From Octopus sinensis (lineage: Eukaryota), in the NCBI RefSeq assembly GCF_006345805.1, contig NC_043003.1, positions 20,708,001-20,772,000 on the forward strand: a stretch of DNA of 64,000 nt, in the 5' to 3' direction. The stretch's first letter is position 1, and each line of letters begins with the position of its first letter. The notes under the pieces were generated by a model. The model saw only the letters and a program-made list of their open reading frames with translations. It searched no databases and had not been told where the DNA came from. Positions 1 through 13,411 of this stretch are shown here, piece after piece. The translations under genes and the position numbers were made by a program.

Positions 1-329
1 ATGACAACGTTTCTCTAAAACAAAATACAAAGACCTGGGAATAGAGGTAACTCGAATGTGGAATCTAAAAACAGAAACAATTCCTATCATAGTAGGCGCA
101 TTAGGTATGAGAAAAGAATATTCAGACAAATACATAACAAAAACACCAGGACTAACAAATATATATAACATACAGAAAATTGCACTACTTGGCACTGCAC
201 ACATCCTACGTAAAATACTTTCAATACAGCAACCATAAGAGCATCACAACAAACCCAAGGCACACGAAGCTGCGCTCAGTAGTGAAGTGAAAGCACGTTA
301 TATAAATAAAACTACTGAATAATTACAAT

Positions 330-373
<44 letters not shown>
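1..373 (+). mobile_element. 3' end of an RLE-type non-LTR retrotransposon (R4/Dong/NeSL-like) with (TAA)n tail
   Basis: KYKDLEIEVTRMWNLKTETIPIIVGALG...QKIALLGTAHILRKIL is a typical restriction-like endonuclease C-terminus, followed by a short UTR and (taa)n. Confidence 0.75.
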
Positions 374-375
<2 letters not shown>

Positions 376-1232
376 GCCCTTTCTAATATAGATACTAGGT
401 CTTTAATTTTGGTAGAAGGACTAATCACTCACATTGATCCTAGTAACTAACTGGGTATATAAGTTCCGAAAGGCAAAGTCGACCTCAGCGGGATTTGGGC
501 TCAGAACGTACAGAGCCGGTAGAAACGCTGCTAAACATTTTGTCCGGCGTGCTAACGACTCTTCCATCTCGTCGCCTTTAAATCAACTTCATTAGAAGAT
601 ATTTTTTGTTGTGTGTTAGCGTGGGCTGTTATTTTTACTTCCTCGTTTTTTTTTTTTTATATTTAATATTTCTATTTTTGTTGATATTTCGTATAATTTA
701 GTTATATAGAACGTGGGTTCGTTTTTATTGTTTCTGTTTTCGGATTGTGGATTCTTCCTTTTGTTTTCCTTTCTCGAAATATTTCCTATTCAATATAAAT
801 GCTATATATGTTGCTTTTGATTTTGTTTTTGTTTTTTGTTTATTTTTTTTTTTGGGGGGGGGGTATGCTTCTTGTTTGTTTTAGTAATTTATTCAATGTT
901 TTGATTTATATTTTAATATTCATTCATGATAATGATGTCTTACTGCTTGCTCTTTTAACAATAGCAATATCTTTCTATCACTGCTCAAAGTGTGGCTGTA
1001 CAATACTTGATTTGGCATATGTGCGCGTGTGTGTATTTCTGTGTGTGTGTGTATGTGTGCGTGTGTGGTTGTATGTTTACAGATATAAATATATATACAC
1101 AGACATGTTCATTGTGTGCACGTAAACAAATATACTTACATATATACATATATATGCGTATATGTGTGAGTGTATATACGTATATATATGTATGTACGTA
1201 TATATATGTATGTACGTATGTATGTATGTATG

Positions 1233-1307
<75 letters not shown>

Positions 1308-1439
1308 GTATGTGTGTGTTTGTGTGTGTGTGTGTTTATCTTTCTATGTATATATATAAATATATATACCGAAAATATATACACGTATATATTTACATAT
1401 AAATATATACACATATATATATGTGCGTATATTTATGTG

Positions 1440-1490
<51 letters not shown>

Positions 1491-1535
1491 TATATATGTA
1501 TATAAATATTTACATATATACGTAAATATATATAA

Positions 1536-1569
<34 letters not shown>

Positions 1570-1888
1570 ACGTATAAACGTGTATATGGTTGTCAGTGTG
1601 TTTATGTATGCAGGCAAATTATGGAATCACTATATCATCGGAAGGGAGTGCTGAGAAAATATAAGAAGCAATAAATAATTTTTGACGTGGAAACGAATAA
1701 ATGAAGGGGAACATTTATTTTTTTTATAGAGAACTATAGGTAGAGAACTATAGGTATGTCTGGAAAATTTTCTACGCCACCCGATACCGTGCCAACACAG
1801 CTTACCCGATAAATAATATTACAACGATCATTCAAATTATCTTATAAAGATGGCAGGATGTTCGCTTTTTAATACATATTTAATGCGT

Positions 1889-1928
<40 letters not shown>

Positions 1929-2427
1929 GTGTGTGTGTGAGTGTTTGTATGTGTGTGTATGTGTGTGTGTGTGTGTATGTGTGTGTGTATGTGTGTGTAT
2001 GTGTGTGTGAGTGTGTGTGTGTGTGCGTGTGTGTGTGTGTGAGTGTTTGTATGTGTGTGTATGTGTGTGTGTGTGTGTGTGCGTGTGCGTGTGTGTGTGA
2101 GTGTGTGTGTGTGTGTGTATTTGTATTTCATTGCCACTACAGTAAGAGCACCAAATGTAGTGATGAAGTTAATGGTATAGTTACTAAGATATAGATATAA
2201 ACTAACACACAATCTCTCGCTCTTTCAGCTTCTGGCTTTCATATTCATACGCGCTCACTCATCTGCACAAGTTCACAAGCAGATATCTATGTACTTATGT
2301 ATGCACACCACATACCTATGTATTTTGATTCACTAAAAAGTTTCCCATATACATGTCTATGTGTGTATTTATATATCTTTATATGTGTGTATGTATGTGT
2401 CTGTATATGTGTGAATATATATATATA

Positions 2428-2466
<39 letters not shown>

Positions 2467-2519
2467 ATCCGTTTGTGTGTGTATACATACAAATACAGAT
2501 CGATAGACAGATTGACAGT

Positions 2520-2577
<58 letters not shown>

Positions 2578-3761
2578 GATAGATAGATTGATTGATAGAT
2601 AGATAAATACGTATGTAGGTAGGTAGGTAGGTAGGTAGGCAGGTATGTAGATAGGTAGGTAGGTAGGTAGGTAGGTAGGTAGGTAGGTAGGTAGGTAGGT
2701 ATGTATGTAGATAGGTAGGTAGGTAGGTAGGTAGGTAGGTAGGTAGGTAGGTAGGCAGGTATGTAGATAGGTAGGTAGGTAGGTAGGTAGGTAGGTAGGT
2801 AGGTAGGTAGGTAGGTAGGCAGGTATGTAGATAGGTAGGTAGGTAGGTAGGTAGGTAGGTAGGTAGGTAGGTAGGTAGGTAGGTAGGTAAGTAGGTAGGT
2901 AAGTAGGTAGGTGGAAAAACTTTGAGTGGATCAAAATACATTTGCACTTGCTGTGTATGCATGTGTGTAGGTATCTGTTTGTATACGGATTTGGGTATGT
3001 GTGCGTATATGTGCTTGTGAGTGTGTATATATGTATGTTTATGTATATAAGAGACTGAAAGAGAGAAAGATTGTGTGACTGCTTATATTTTAGTAACTAT
3101 GACATTAACTTTATAACTACATTTGGTGGTATTATTTTCATACCGGTATAATACAGAAAATGCATGCAAATACACACTTACACACATATACACATACATG
3201 TGCACATACAGAGAGAGAGAGGGGGGGAGAAAAGGGAGACGAGAAGCTTTTATTCGTATGTGGAGAAATATAGAAAAACTGAAATTAAAATGCACTTGAG
3301 CTCTTAAATCTATATATTTACATTAGCCTTACCGGTTTCAGCACTTCGTGATTATCATGGGTTTTATAATGTAAATGGTGTTAATGGTTTTATATGAAAT
3401 ATAAAGAGAAGGTGAAAAGTTACAAATTGGAAAGCATCTAAACACTGTACAACAGTTGCTGGCGAATGTATTCCTTAGTTTAAACAATTGACACTTGTTA
3501 AACCGCTCTCTGCTCTGTCTTTGTACTAAATAGATATAGAAGAAAATGCTCTTAAATTCTTTTAATCAGTTTAATTTAAATCATTCAATTTCTCTATATT
3601 ACCAATATATTAACTGCTAACTCTTTAGACATGATTTGTATTTCTCGATTACAATAGTTTCTTTATCCGTTTTAAAACCGTAGCTTATTCAGGACAATAG
3701 ACCAATTTAAAAACTTTGTGTTTCGGTGATCACCTGTATTCTGTTGTCTGCGACTTTTGTC

Positions 3762-4090
3762 ATGGACAGGAAGTTGGAACAAAGAGCAAACGTGAAATTT
3801 TGCGTTAAACTTGAGAAGACTGCTACAAGGACACTGATTATGTTTCGGCAAGCTTACGGTGACGAGGCAATGGGTTGTACAGTATGTTTCGAGTGGAACT
3901 GACACTTCAAAAGCGGATGAACGTCCTTGCAAGACGGGGAGCGATCTGGAAGGCCTGCCACGAGGGTCATTCCGGAAATGTGGAGAAAATTCATCAGTTT
4001 GTGTATAAGGATCATCAGATGTTGTTGGTCTGTAGTATGAGTGCGTGCAGGCAACTAACGTCTGGATTCTTCACGATGATAATACACCTT
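3762..4090 (+). mobile_element. Degenerate mariner transposase, 5' part
   Basis: MDRKLEQRANVKFCVKL..FRQAYGDEAM..RSGRP..WILHDDN with stops and deletions; interrupted by an insertion. Confidence 0.8.
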
Positions 4091-4513
4091 ATTTTCTTTA
4101 TTGTCCACAAGGGGCTAAACACACAGGGGACAAACAAGGACAGACAAACGGATTAAGTCGACTACATCGACTCCAGTGTGTGACTGGTACTTATTTAATC
4201 GACTCCGAAAGGATGAAAGGCAAAGTCGATCTCTGCGGAATATGAACTCAGAACGTAGCGGCAGACGAAATACCTATTTCTATTTCTTTACTACCCACAA
4301 GGAGCTAAACACAGAGAGGACAAACAAGGACAGACAAACTGATTACGTCGATTATATCGACCCCAGTGCGTAACTGGTACTTAATTTATCGACCCCGAAA
4401 TGATGAAAAGTAAAGTCGACCTCGGCGGAATTTGAACTCAGAACGTAACAGCAGACGAAATACCGTTAAGCATTTCGCCCGGCGTGCTAACGATTCTGCT
4501 ATCTCGCCGCCTT
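4091..4513 (-). mobile_element. tRNA-headed SINE (family A), head-to-tail dimer
   Basis: 5' aaggcggcgag..agcagaatcgttagc and B-box-like gagttcaaattcc; second unit joined at aaataGGTATttcgtc. Confidence 0.85.
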
Positions 4514-4516
4514 AAT

Positions 4517-4622
4517 AAAAATATGGAACGCTTCGCGAATTTGCGTATCATCTTTGCGCAGAGGCCATGCTAATCTTTTCTGTATCGTTCCAATTTTAGA
4601 ATATGTACCGCCGTAGCTAGAC
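4517..4622 (-). pseudogene. U6: Full-length U6 snRNA retrocopy
   Basis: Reverse complement aligns end to end to canonical U6 (..TAAAATTGGAACGATACAG..AGATTAGCATGGCC..GCGTTCCATATTTTT); the ACAGAGA box is mutated to ACAGAAA and several other substitutions are present. Confidence 0.92.
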
Positions 4623-4870
4623 GATAATGCACCTTGTCACCGAGCTCGCCTTACTCGTGAGTTTCTCGCCAAAAACCTGGTATCGCTTCCTTACCTGCTC
4701 TATTTGCCAGATCTAGCGCCCGCAGACTGCCATCTCTTCCTCAACATTAAAAAGTAGCACAAAGGTCGCCATTTTAACACCGTTGTCGAGATCAAGAGCG
4801 AATCGTAGAAGGTTCTCAACTCGATTACAGAAAAAGGTTTCCAGGATGGATTCCAAAAGTGGCAGGAACG
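4623..4870 (+). mobile_element. Degenerate mariner transposase, 3' part (continuation of 3762-4090)
   Basis: DNAPCH...YLPDLAPAD..LF..KGRHF...FQKWQER. Confidence 0.8.
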
Positions 4871-5084
4871 CTGACACTGGTGATTACATCGACCCCAATG
4901 CTCAACTGGTATTTATTTTATCGATTCCAAAACGATGAAAGGCAAAATCGATCTTGACGGAATTTGGACTCAGAACGTAAAGACGGACGAAACACCGCTA
5001 AGCATTTTGCCCGGCGTGATAACGATTCTGCCAACCCACCGCCTTAAATGTTCTTAATATTACCAATCTAACATACTCTTTTAC

Positions 5085-5420
5085 TTTTTTACTTGTTTCA
5101 GTCATGTGATTTTGGCCATGCTGGAGCACCACCTTTAGTCGAGCAAATCGACCCCAGGACTTATTCTTTGTAAGCCTAGTATTTATTCTATCGGTTTCTT
5201 TTGCCGAACCACTAAGTTACGGGGACGTAAACACACCAGCATCGGTTGTCAAACGATGTTGGAGGTACAAATACAGACACACAAACATATATACGACGGG
5301 CTTCTTTCAGTTGCCGTCTACCAAATCCACTCACAAGGCTTTTGGTAGAAGACACGCAGTGGGACTGAACCCGGAACCATGTGGTTCGTAAGCAAGCTAC
5401 TTACCACACAGCCACTCCTA
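5085..5420 (-). mobile_element. tRNA-headed SINE family B, with internal deletion
   Basis: Reverse complement of the family B copy at 6943-7350. Confidence 0.8.
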
Positions 5421-5936
5421 CGCCTTGCATGGAGAAATAAATTATATTTATTAAGAAACACAAGCCACAGGATAAAATGAGAAAGTGCAGAAATATTAAA
5501 GGACATTACTGCAAATTTTGTCTATATTTAGTCAGAATGCAGAAGCAGCATAGAATAAATTAATAATGAACATGCGTCTAAAACAAGAATAAAAATAAAG
5601 TATGCCCAGTGGTTGCTTTAAGGTTGTTAGAAGCTAATTCACTTGTAACATGCCATCTTGTTATACTTTATGAAATTATCCTTACATAAAACGAGTTATG
5701 AAGTAAAATCTAAGATTATTAGTGAGTTGTGAAACTGGTGGGTTACTGTAAAAATATGATAAAAGAACTCAAATGCTTTCAAAACTTTTCGCATAAGTAT
5801 ATATGCGTCTATCCATATATGTGTGTGCACACGCACACACATATATGCATATACATATATGGTGTGTATACATATATATACATATACATACATATATATG
5901 TACATATTCTATATATATATGTATATATTCTATATA

Positions 5937-5969
<33 letters not shown>

Positions 5970-5981
5970 GTATATATTCTA

Positions 5982-6100
<119 letters not shown>

Positions 6101-6326
6101 TATTTATGTGTCTGAGTTTGCGTGTGTGTGCATTTGTACTTTTAAAATCTCATTAAAATGCTGAATGACACGGCCCCATTGAAAGAACATTTATGTATGG
6201 TGTTATGCGCTTTCGCTGTTTACAGCATTTCAAACGCGCATGTTATACCTACCTACCTACATATATACATACATACATACATACATGCATACATACATAC
6301 ATACATACATACATACATACATACAT

Positions 6327-6365
<39 letters not shown>

Positions 6366-6376
6366 TGTGTGTGTGT

Positions 6377-6523
6377 GTAAGTAGCTTGCTTACGAACCAC
6401 ATGGTTTCGGGTTCAGTCCCACTCTGTGGCACCTTGGGCGTCTTCTTCTATAGCCTCGGGCCGACCAAAGCCTTGTGAGTGGATTTGGTAGACGGAAACT
6501 GAAAGAAGCCCGTCGTATATATG

Positions 6524-6571
<48 letters not shown>

Positions 6572-6747
6572 TTTGTGTGCTTGTGTTTGATGGTGGTGTG
6601 TTTACGTCCCCGTAACTTAGCGGTTCGGCAAAAGAGACCGATAGAATAAGTACTAGGCTTACAAAGAAAAGGTCGATTTGCTCGACTAAAGGCGGTGCTC
6701 CAGTATGGTCACAGTCAAATGACTGAAATAAGGAAAAGAGTAAAAGA

Positions 6748-6750
<3 letters not shown>
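6377..6750 (+). mobile_element. tRNA-headed SINE family B, 5'-clipped
   Basis: gtaagtagcttgc..ggttcagtcccac..ccttggg..gactgaaa..agagtaaaagag. Confidence 0.85.
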
Positions 6751-6804
<54 letters not shown>

Positions 6805-6942
6805 ATATATATACCAATTATATGTTTTATTTATTATTTTGCAAACTACTTAATCATTGGTTTATGTTTTATCTTATATTTAATCTTCTATAATATGTAA
6901 TTTTTCTAAATGGTATTTAGATATAAATGGTAATTTTTCTAT

Positions 6943-7350
6943 AGGCGCAGGAGTGGCTGTGTGGTAAGTAGCTTGTTTACCAACCACATGGTTCCGGGTT
7001 CATTCCCACTGCGTGGCACCTTGGGCAAGTGTCTTCTACTATAGCCTCGGGCCGACCAAAGCCTTGTGAGTGGATTTGGTAGACGGAAACTGAAAGAAGC
7101 CCGTCGTATATATGTATATATATGCGTGTGTGTGTTTGTGTGTCTGTGTTTGTCCCCCTAGCATTGCTTGACAACCGATGCTGGTGTGTTTATGTCCCCG
7201 TTACTTAGCGGTTCGGCAAAAGAGACCGATAGAATAAGTACTGGGCTTACAAAGAATAAGTCCCGGTGTCGAGTTGCTCGATTAAAGGTGGTGCTCAGCA
7301 TGGCCGCAGTCAAATGACTGAAACAAGTAAAAGAGTAAAAGAATAAAAGA
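6943..7350 (+). mobile_element. Full-length tRNA-headed SINE family B; further copies near 15270-15680(-), 44490-44800(-), 53107-53507(+), 56280-56720(-), 56760-57180(+), 58980-59390(+), 62130-62550(+)
   Basis: A-box-like tggctgtgtgg, B-box-like gggttcattcc, central ccttgggcaagtgtcttc block, internal (TG)n, (agtaaaag) tail; many dispersed copies. Confidence 0.88.
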
Positions 7351-7409
7351 GAGAGAGGTATAATTTAATTTTATCATTATTGAATTGATAAAAGATGGGG
7401 TTTTTTCTA

Positions 7410-7473
<64 letters not shown>

Positions 7474-8108
7474 ATGTGGTGTGTGTGTGTGTGTGGTGTG
7501 TATGTGTTATATTTTGTGAAATTTGATTTAGTATTTCTAAATTGAATTTTTCCCTGTAAGTTTGGAATAATATTCCCTCATATTATTACATATATATATA
7601 TATATACACATACATACAGTTATGTGTTAGTTGTGTGTGTGTGTGTGTGTGTGTACGTATGTATAAATTTGACTTGTTTACAGTTAATAAGTCTCATGAT
7701 GAACACCAGTCACGAGATGCTTCGACACCGGGAGAAAAAAACGTTTTAAAGATGGTACTTCAATACGTCCTTACATTGTATATTGCAAGTATCTATATTT
7801 TGCTTATAATTGGCTGTTAATCGTTGACGGTAACTCCTCTTTTTCGTGTTTCTGCATTCTTGTCCATCGCATTTATCGATATTGCATCAATATATTTTCA
7901 ATTTATAACTTGAGAATTTATATACACACATATATACGTATATACAGCTACACATACAATCGCACACATACTCGTACGCACACGCACGCTTGCATTTATG
8001 TGTGTATGATTGTATATATTTATATTCCCCATTATCATATCTAAATATTTATACACATACGCATATATGTTTATGTGTGTATACCTAGATATATACAAAT
8101 ATATATAA

Positions 8109-8165
<57 letters not shown>

Positions 8166-8312
8166 ATTTATGATGTATATATTGTATGCATAGATTTTTT
8201 ATACATATGTATATGTATATATAAATATATGTATGTGCACGTGTGTGTGTGTATGTATATGTGTGTGTGTGAGTGTGTATGTGTGTGTGTATACATATAT
8301 ATATATATAATT

Positions 8313-8364
<52 letters not shown>

Positions 8365-10007
8365 GTATGTGTGTATATACATATAAATGAATATATATAT
8401 ATGTATGTATGTATGTATGTATATGTATATACATACCTACATGCTTACGTACATACAAACATACATACATGCATACATACACATATTGCACGCCACTCAC
8501 CAGTTTAAAAACTGGGTCGAACCGTTACTTTAACGTTTATTTATTTGCTTATTTCTGATTTTATATACATATAAACTTGTGTGAATATAGATGTATATGT
8601 CTGTATATGTGTGCGTGCGTGTGTTCGTGTTTATATGTATGTATATGTGTGTATTTGTTAATGTGTATGTATATACGTACTTCACTCAATTCAGAAGGAG
8701 ATTGAAACTACATTCACAGACCAGACGCACGCTTGAATATACATCGATATAATTCGCTATATATAATTCTATTTTTCCCTAAGGTTATGTTAGTAAGAGA
8801 GCAGAAAAAAATGTTCTTCTGTCGCTTGGAAAGTATTGGAAAGAAAGCTCAAACGAAACTGGTAAAAAAAAAGCCATTATCAGGTATAAAAGAAAAGAAA
8901 AACAATAAAAGCTAAAAAGAGGAAAACACGATAAAACTAACTATTGGGTTCAATTTTACATATATATATTTATATATATTTATTTTTTACTCACTTTCTC
9001 ACTTTTTCCCTAATCATAAACCACTTTATCATATATTAAGGACTCTAAAGCAAAAATATATGAACAGAATTTGTAGTGAGATGAAAAATGGCGACTGTTG
9101 CAGATTTATTTGCTAAGGTGAATGCGATCTGCTTACTTAGCTTGTGCGAAATGTCTTCAAAATAGAGGAAATAACGAGTGACAATGATAATGATAATAAT
9201 TATCAAGACAATTCTTTTTTTTTTTTTGAAGTCTCTGCGGTGTGGTAATGACAAGATTAGTAGAGAGGCAATTTGGCGGCTTCTTTCATGATATTATCGC
9301 ATAACTAATTCAAAGAGAGAGGGGGAGGATAGAGAGTGAGAATAAGAGCGAGAAAGAGAATGAGAGAGGTTGTGAAAATGAAAGTCGTTTCAAATACTTG
9401 ACTGGCACATCTAAGTGGGAAAAATTGTTAGCTACGGCTAGATTTGAACTCAGAGCGCAGCGAATGCTATCTGACGCACGGACGATTCTGCCTATTCGCA
9501 GCCAAGTGTTTGCTGCCGCTGCTACCACTACTGCTATTACTACAAGGACTAGATAGTGGTATAGTGGTGGTAAATAAGGAGCCTAAACAATAACAATAAC
9601 GTGTATAACCAGGGCCTCGGAATAAGCCCCAAAATCATTGCTCTTCCTATGAAAAGAACAGGCAAATCCTTTTCAAATCACACCCTACTGTCTTAAATAA
9701 TTCTTTCTGATTTTAGCACAAAGCTGGCAATTTTGAGGGGAGAGATAGTCGATTATATCGAATCCATTTCTCAACTGGTACTTATTTTATCGATCCCTAA
9801 AGAACCAAAGTCGGCCTTGGTGGTATCTAAATTCAGAACGTAAAGAACCGGGAGAAATGCTATCAAGCATTTTGTCTGGCGTTGTCATGATTATGCCAGC
9901 TCGCTGCATTTAAAGGTTTTAAATGTTTGTACAAGACCAGTAATTTTAGGGGAGGCGGGTAGTCAGTTACATAAATCCCGGTGCTCAAATGGTACTTATA
10001 TTATCGA

Positions 10008-10279
10008 CAGATATTGCTACTTCGGATTTCCGCTTAGTATAGTCTTCATGGTTAAAAAATTTCAATTCCTTGGATGACGTAAAAAGATACCTTGATGAAT
10101 TCTTTGCCATGAAACCACCTCAATTCTGGGAAGAGGGTATTTTCAAGTTAAAGGAAAGATGGAGACGCATTGTGCAACAAAATGGTTCATATTTGGTTGA
10201 TTAAAAATGTAATGGCAAGTATTTATTGACCTTTTTCTTTCCTTTAAAAATCGGTACGAACTTTCCGGACAACCTAATA
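10008..10279 (+). mobile_element. Mariner 3' fragment with right TIR (same family as 13412-13980)
   Basis: Near-identical to 13698-13980; ends aaatcggtacgaactttccggacaacctaata. Confidence 0.85.
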
Positions 10280-10286
10280 CATACTT

Positions 10287-10374
<88 letters not shown>

Positions 10375-10408
10375 AAAGTTGAGTTGTGGGGTATCGCACG
10401 AGTGGAAT

Positions 10409-11731
10409 TATATGAAAGAAGGTTTCAAAATGCAATTTAAAAGATGTTTATTTACTAACGGTTTCACTCTTTGGTAAAAGATTGTCAAAGTAACATTGAA
10501 TATTATGGGTTCAAAAAAAGTTTTTTACATAATTGTCACATTGAATATTATGAATTCAAAAATGTTTTTTTATACATAATTGTCACATTACATGTATAAA
10601 TATAGTGTTTGGTAACAGAGATATGTTAAGGGCATAAAAAAGTTCAATAGTGTGATGAGAATATTTGGAAAAATTGGCAGAAAAGAATAAAACAAATATA
10701 TTATTGGAAATTTGGTTGCGTTAATTATTGGTTGTCGCAAATTGTCACATTACATGTATATATATACAGTCTTTGGTAGAAAGGACATGTTAAAGACATA
10801 AGGAAGTGTAATAGTTTGGTGAGAAAGCTTGTAATATTGCGTGTGTTGTGTGTGTGTGTGTGTGTGTTGTGTGTGTATGTGTGTTATATATGTGTGTATA
10901 TTATATATAAATACATGTTATATTTGTGTGCTGTGTGTGTATATTATATATGTGGGTGCGTTGTGTATGTGTGTGTTCTGTGTGTGTGTGTGTTGTGTGT
11001 ATGTGGTGTGTGTTTGTATACTATGTGTGTGTGTGTGTGTTGTGTGTGTGTATATATATGTGTGTGACAAACAGACGCCGTCTGACCAGCAGGCACACGG
11101 ACACATCTATTCACACCCGCATACTCACCTCCCGATAACCCTAAAATCATTGATGCTTGAAGGGGAACCATAAACCAAACTGGGTACACATCTTTTTTTC
11201 TCTCAATTCAACTTTTCTGCTAAAACAAACAGGTCAGTAAAAACCAATTCTCGCCTTCATTTCAAAATATTCTGAGATGTCTAAAATATCCATTTTAATT
11301 TTCTCTGTCAATATTACAAGCTTTCTCACCAAACTATTACACTTCCTTGTCTTTAACATGTCCTTTCTACCAAAGACTGTATATATATACATGTAATGTG
11401 ACAATTTGCGACAACCAATAATTAACACAACCAAATTTCCAATAATATATTTGTTTTATTCGTTTCTGCCAATTTTTCCAAATATTCTCATCACACTATT
11501 GAACTTTTTTATGCCCTTAACATATCGCTGTTACCAAACACTATATTTATACATGTAATGTGACAATTATGTATAAAAAAACATTTTTGAATTCATAATA
11601 TTCAATGTGACAATTATGTAAAAAACTTTTTTTGAACCCATATTATTCAATGTTACTTTTGACAATCTTTTACCAAAGAGTGAAACCGGTTAAGTAAATA
11701 AACATCTTTTAAATTGCATTTTCAAACCTTC

Positions 11732-11740
<9 letters not shown>
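10409..11740. repeat. Long inverted repeat (arms ~10409-10839 and ~11309-11740), probable Penelope-like element ends
   Basis: ~430-bp arms nearly identical in reverse complement; decayed hammerhead-like motif (..GAAACCGGTT) at 11653-11697. Confidence 0.8.
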
Positions 11741-11775
<35 letters not shown>

Positions 11776-11845
11776 TGAGAGAGAGTATTGATATATATAT
11801 ATATATATAGGTGAGAAAGTTGGTGTGTGAAAGCACGTGGTTGAA

Positions 11846-12176
11846 TATATAGAAAATAGTAAAAAGTGAAAAAACTACAGAAGGCTTGTTTTAAAAGGTT
11901 AAAAAATATATATTTGAGTCAATATGTCTGAAGAATGTTATAAATTTTTTTCATACAATGACATAGTTTTTGAAGAAATGACCGCTTTCGCGTTCAGCTT
12001 TTCAAATTTCTTACATCGTTATGTTTACGTGGAGAAGAGTTCCAGATAAGGGGAGGTAATAAATGATTTCGTCCGGTGTAAGGGAGATAATCGCTTAAAA
12101 TTTCTTGCCTTTCCTTTGGAGTGAATTTCTCTGTATAAGCCTTCTGTAGTTTTTTCACTTTTTACTATTTTCTATA

Positions 12177-12178
<2 letters not shown>
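11846..12178. mobile_element. MITE with ~42-bp TIRs
   Basis: tatatagaaaatagtaaaaagtgaaaaaactacagaaggctt at the left end and its reverse complement at the right end. Confidence 0.75.
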
Positions 12179-12212
<34 letters not shown>

Positions 12213-13411
12213 TGTATGTATGTATTGAGTTCTACTTATCGTTTGTTCGACAAGCAAAATCAACCTTGGCAGAATTCGAAATCCGCCAAGCATTTTGTTC
12301 ATCGCTCTAATAATTCTGTCAGCTCTCTGTCCTTCTACTGTCTAAACGCCTTTCGTAAAGATCTGGATATGAACAACTGTCAAGTCTACATTATTCGATG
12401 TCATTGGGGGTAGAGAGGTTATACCATATAGGAATGACTATTTGAATAATGTCTTATATATAACAACTGGCTATTAGAGACCAAATAGTGTCGTTTCGAG
12501 TAGTGTGAGGAGGGTATGCCATATAGAAATGACTACTTCAATAATACGTTATGTGAACAAGTGGCTATGAGAGACTATTTAATGTCTTTGGGAGTAGAGT
12601 GGTTAATTCCGCTTATGATGGTTTTTGTTCCGTTTGATTACATATTGCTTTTTTTTTCTTACGACGTCGTTTCTCGATATTTCATCGTCTCTTCATCTAC
12701 TTTTGTTCATTTCGATATCATTACAAGAAGAAAAATCGGGATTGAACATAAACGTACACTTTTCTCAAATTTACGACCTATTAAACACTATAACTTCATG
12801 AAAAAAATAAATGTAGCAGACGATAAAATGTCCTTTTCTTTTCTCGTTATTTTATTGTTGTTGCTGTTGTTGTTGTTGTTGTTGTTGTCGTGTGTGTTTT
12901 CATTTTTCTTTTTCCTTTCATTTCTTTCTTTCTTTCTTGTCTTTTTACTCTCTAAACATACTATTGTTAGAAGTGCCTGATATCTTTAACGAAAAAATAA
13001 CGTTAAGAAAAGCTGTTAAAATTATACAGGTTTCCATTGTAATGTGCCTGAATCATTGATGAAATTAATATTCCACATATTATTCTGACCTTTGCTGATA
13101 GCCTTTAGAAGGCTTCAATCAATGAAAATTGCAGTTATCTTTAAGTAGTATTTTATAATTTTTGGCATACGTCTCCGTGTAACAAATATTCTTCCGGCGA
13201 ACCAAATCTGTAACTTATGTTCGATTCCCAGTAATAGGTATGTTATTTCACTTACTCAGTTAATCCTCATCTGTTGATGAATATCTTTCATCACAAGATT
13301 TCGAAGTAATTGACTCTCTAGCGAGAGTAGGTAACATAAATAAAATGTTAAAATTATATCATCCTCTTTATAGCATCTCGGTTGTAAGGTGACATGGTGA
13401 AGCAATACATA

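Noticed and set aside
4517-4622. Functional U6 gene
   Set aside because: The ACAGAGA box is mutated, the upstream flank is mariner sequence rather than a promoter, and a TSD indicates retroposition.
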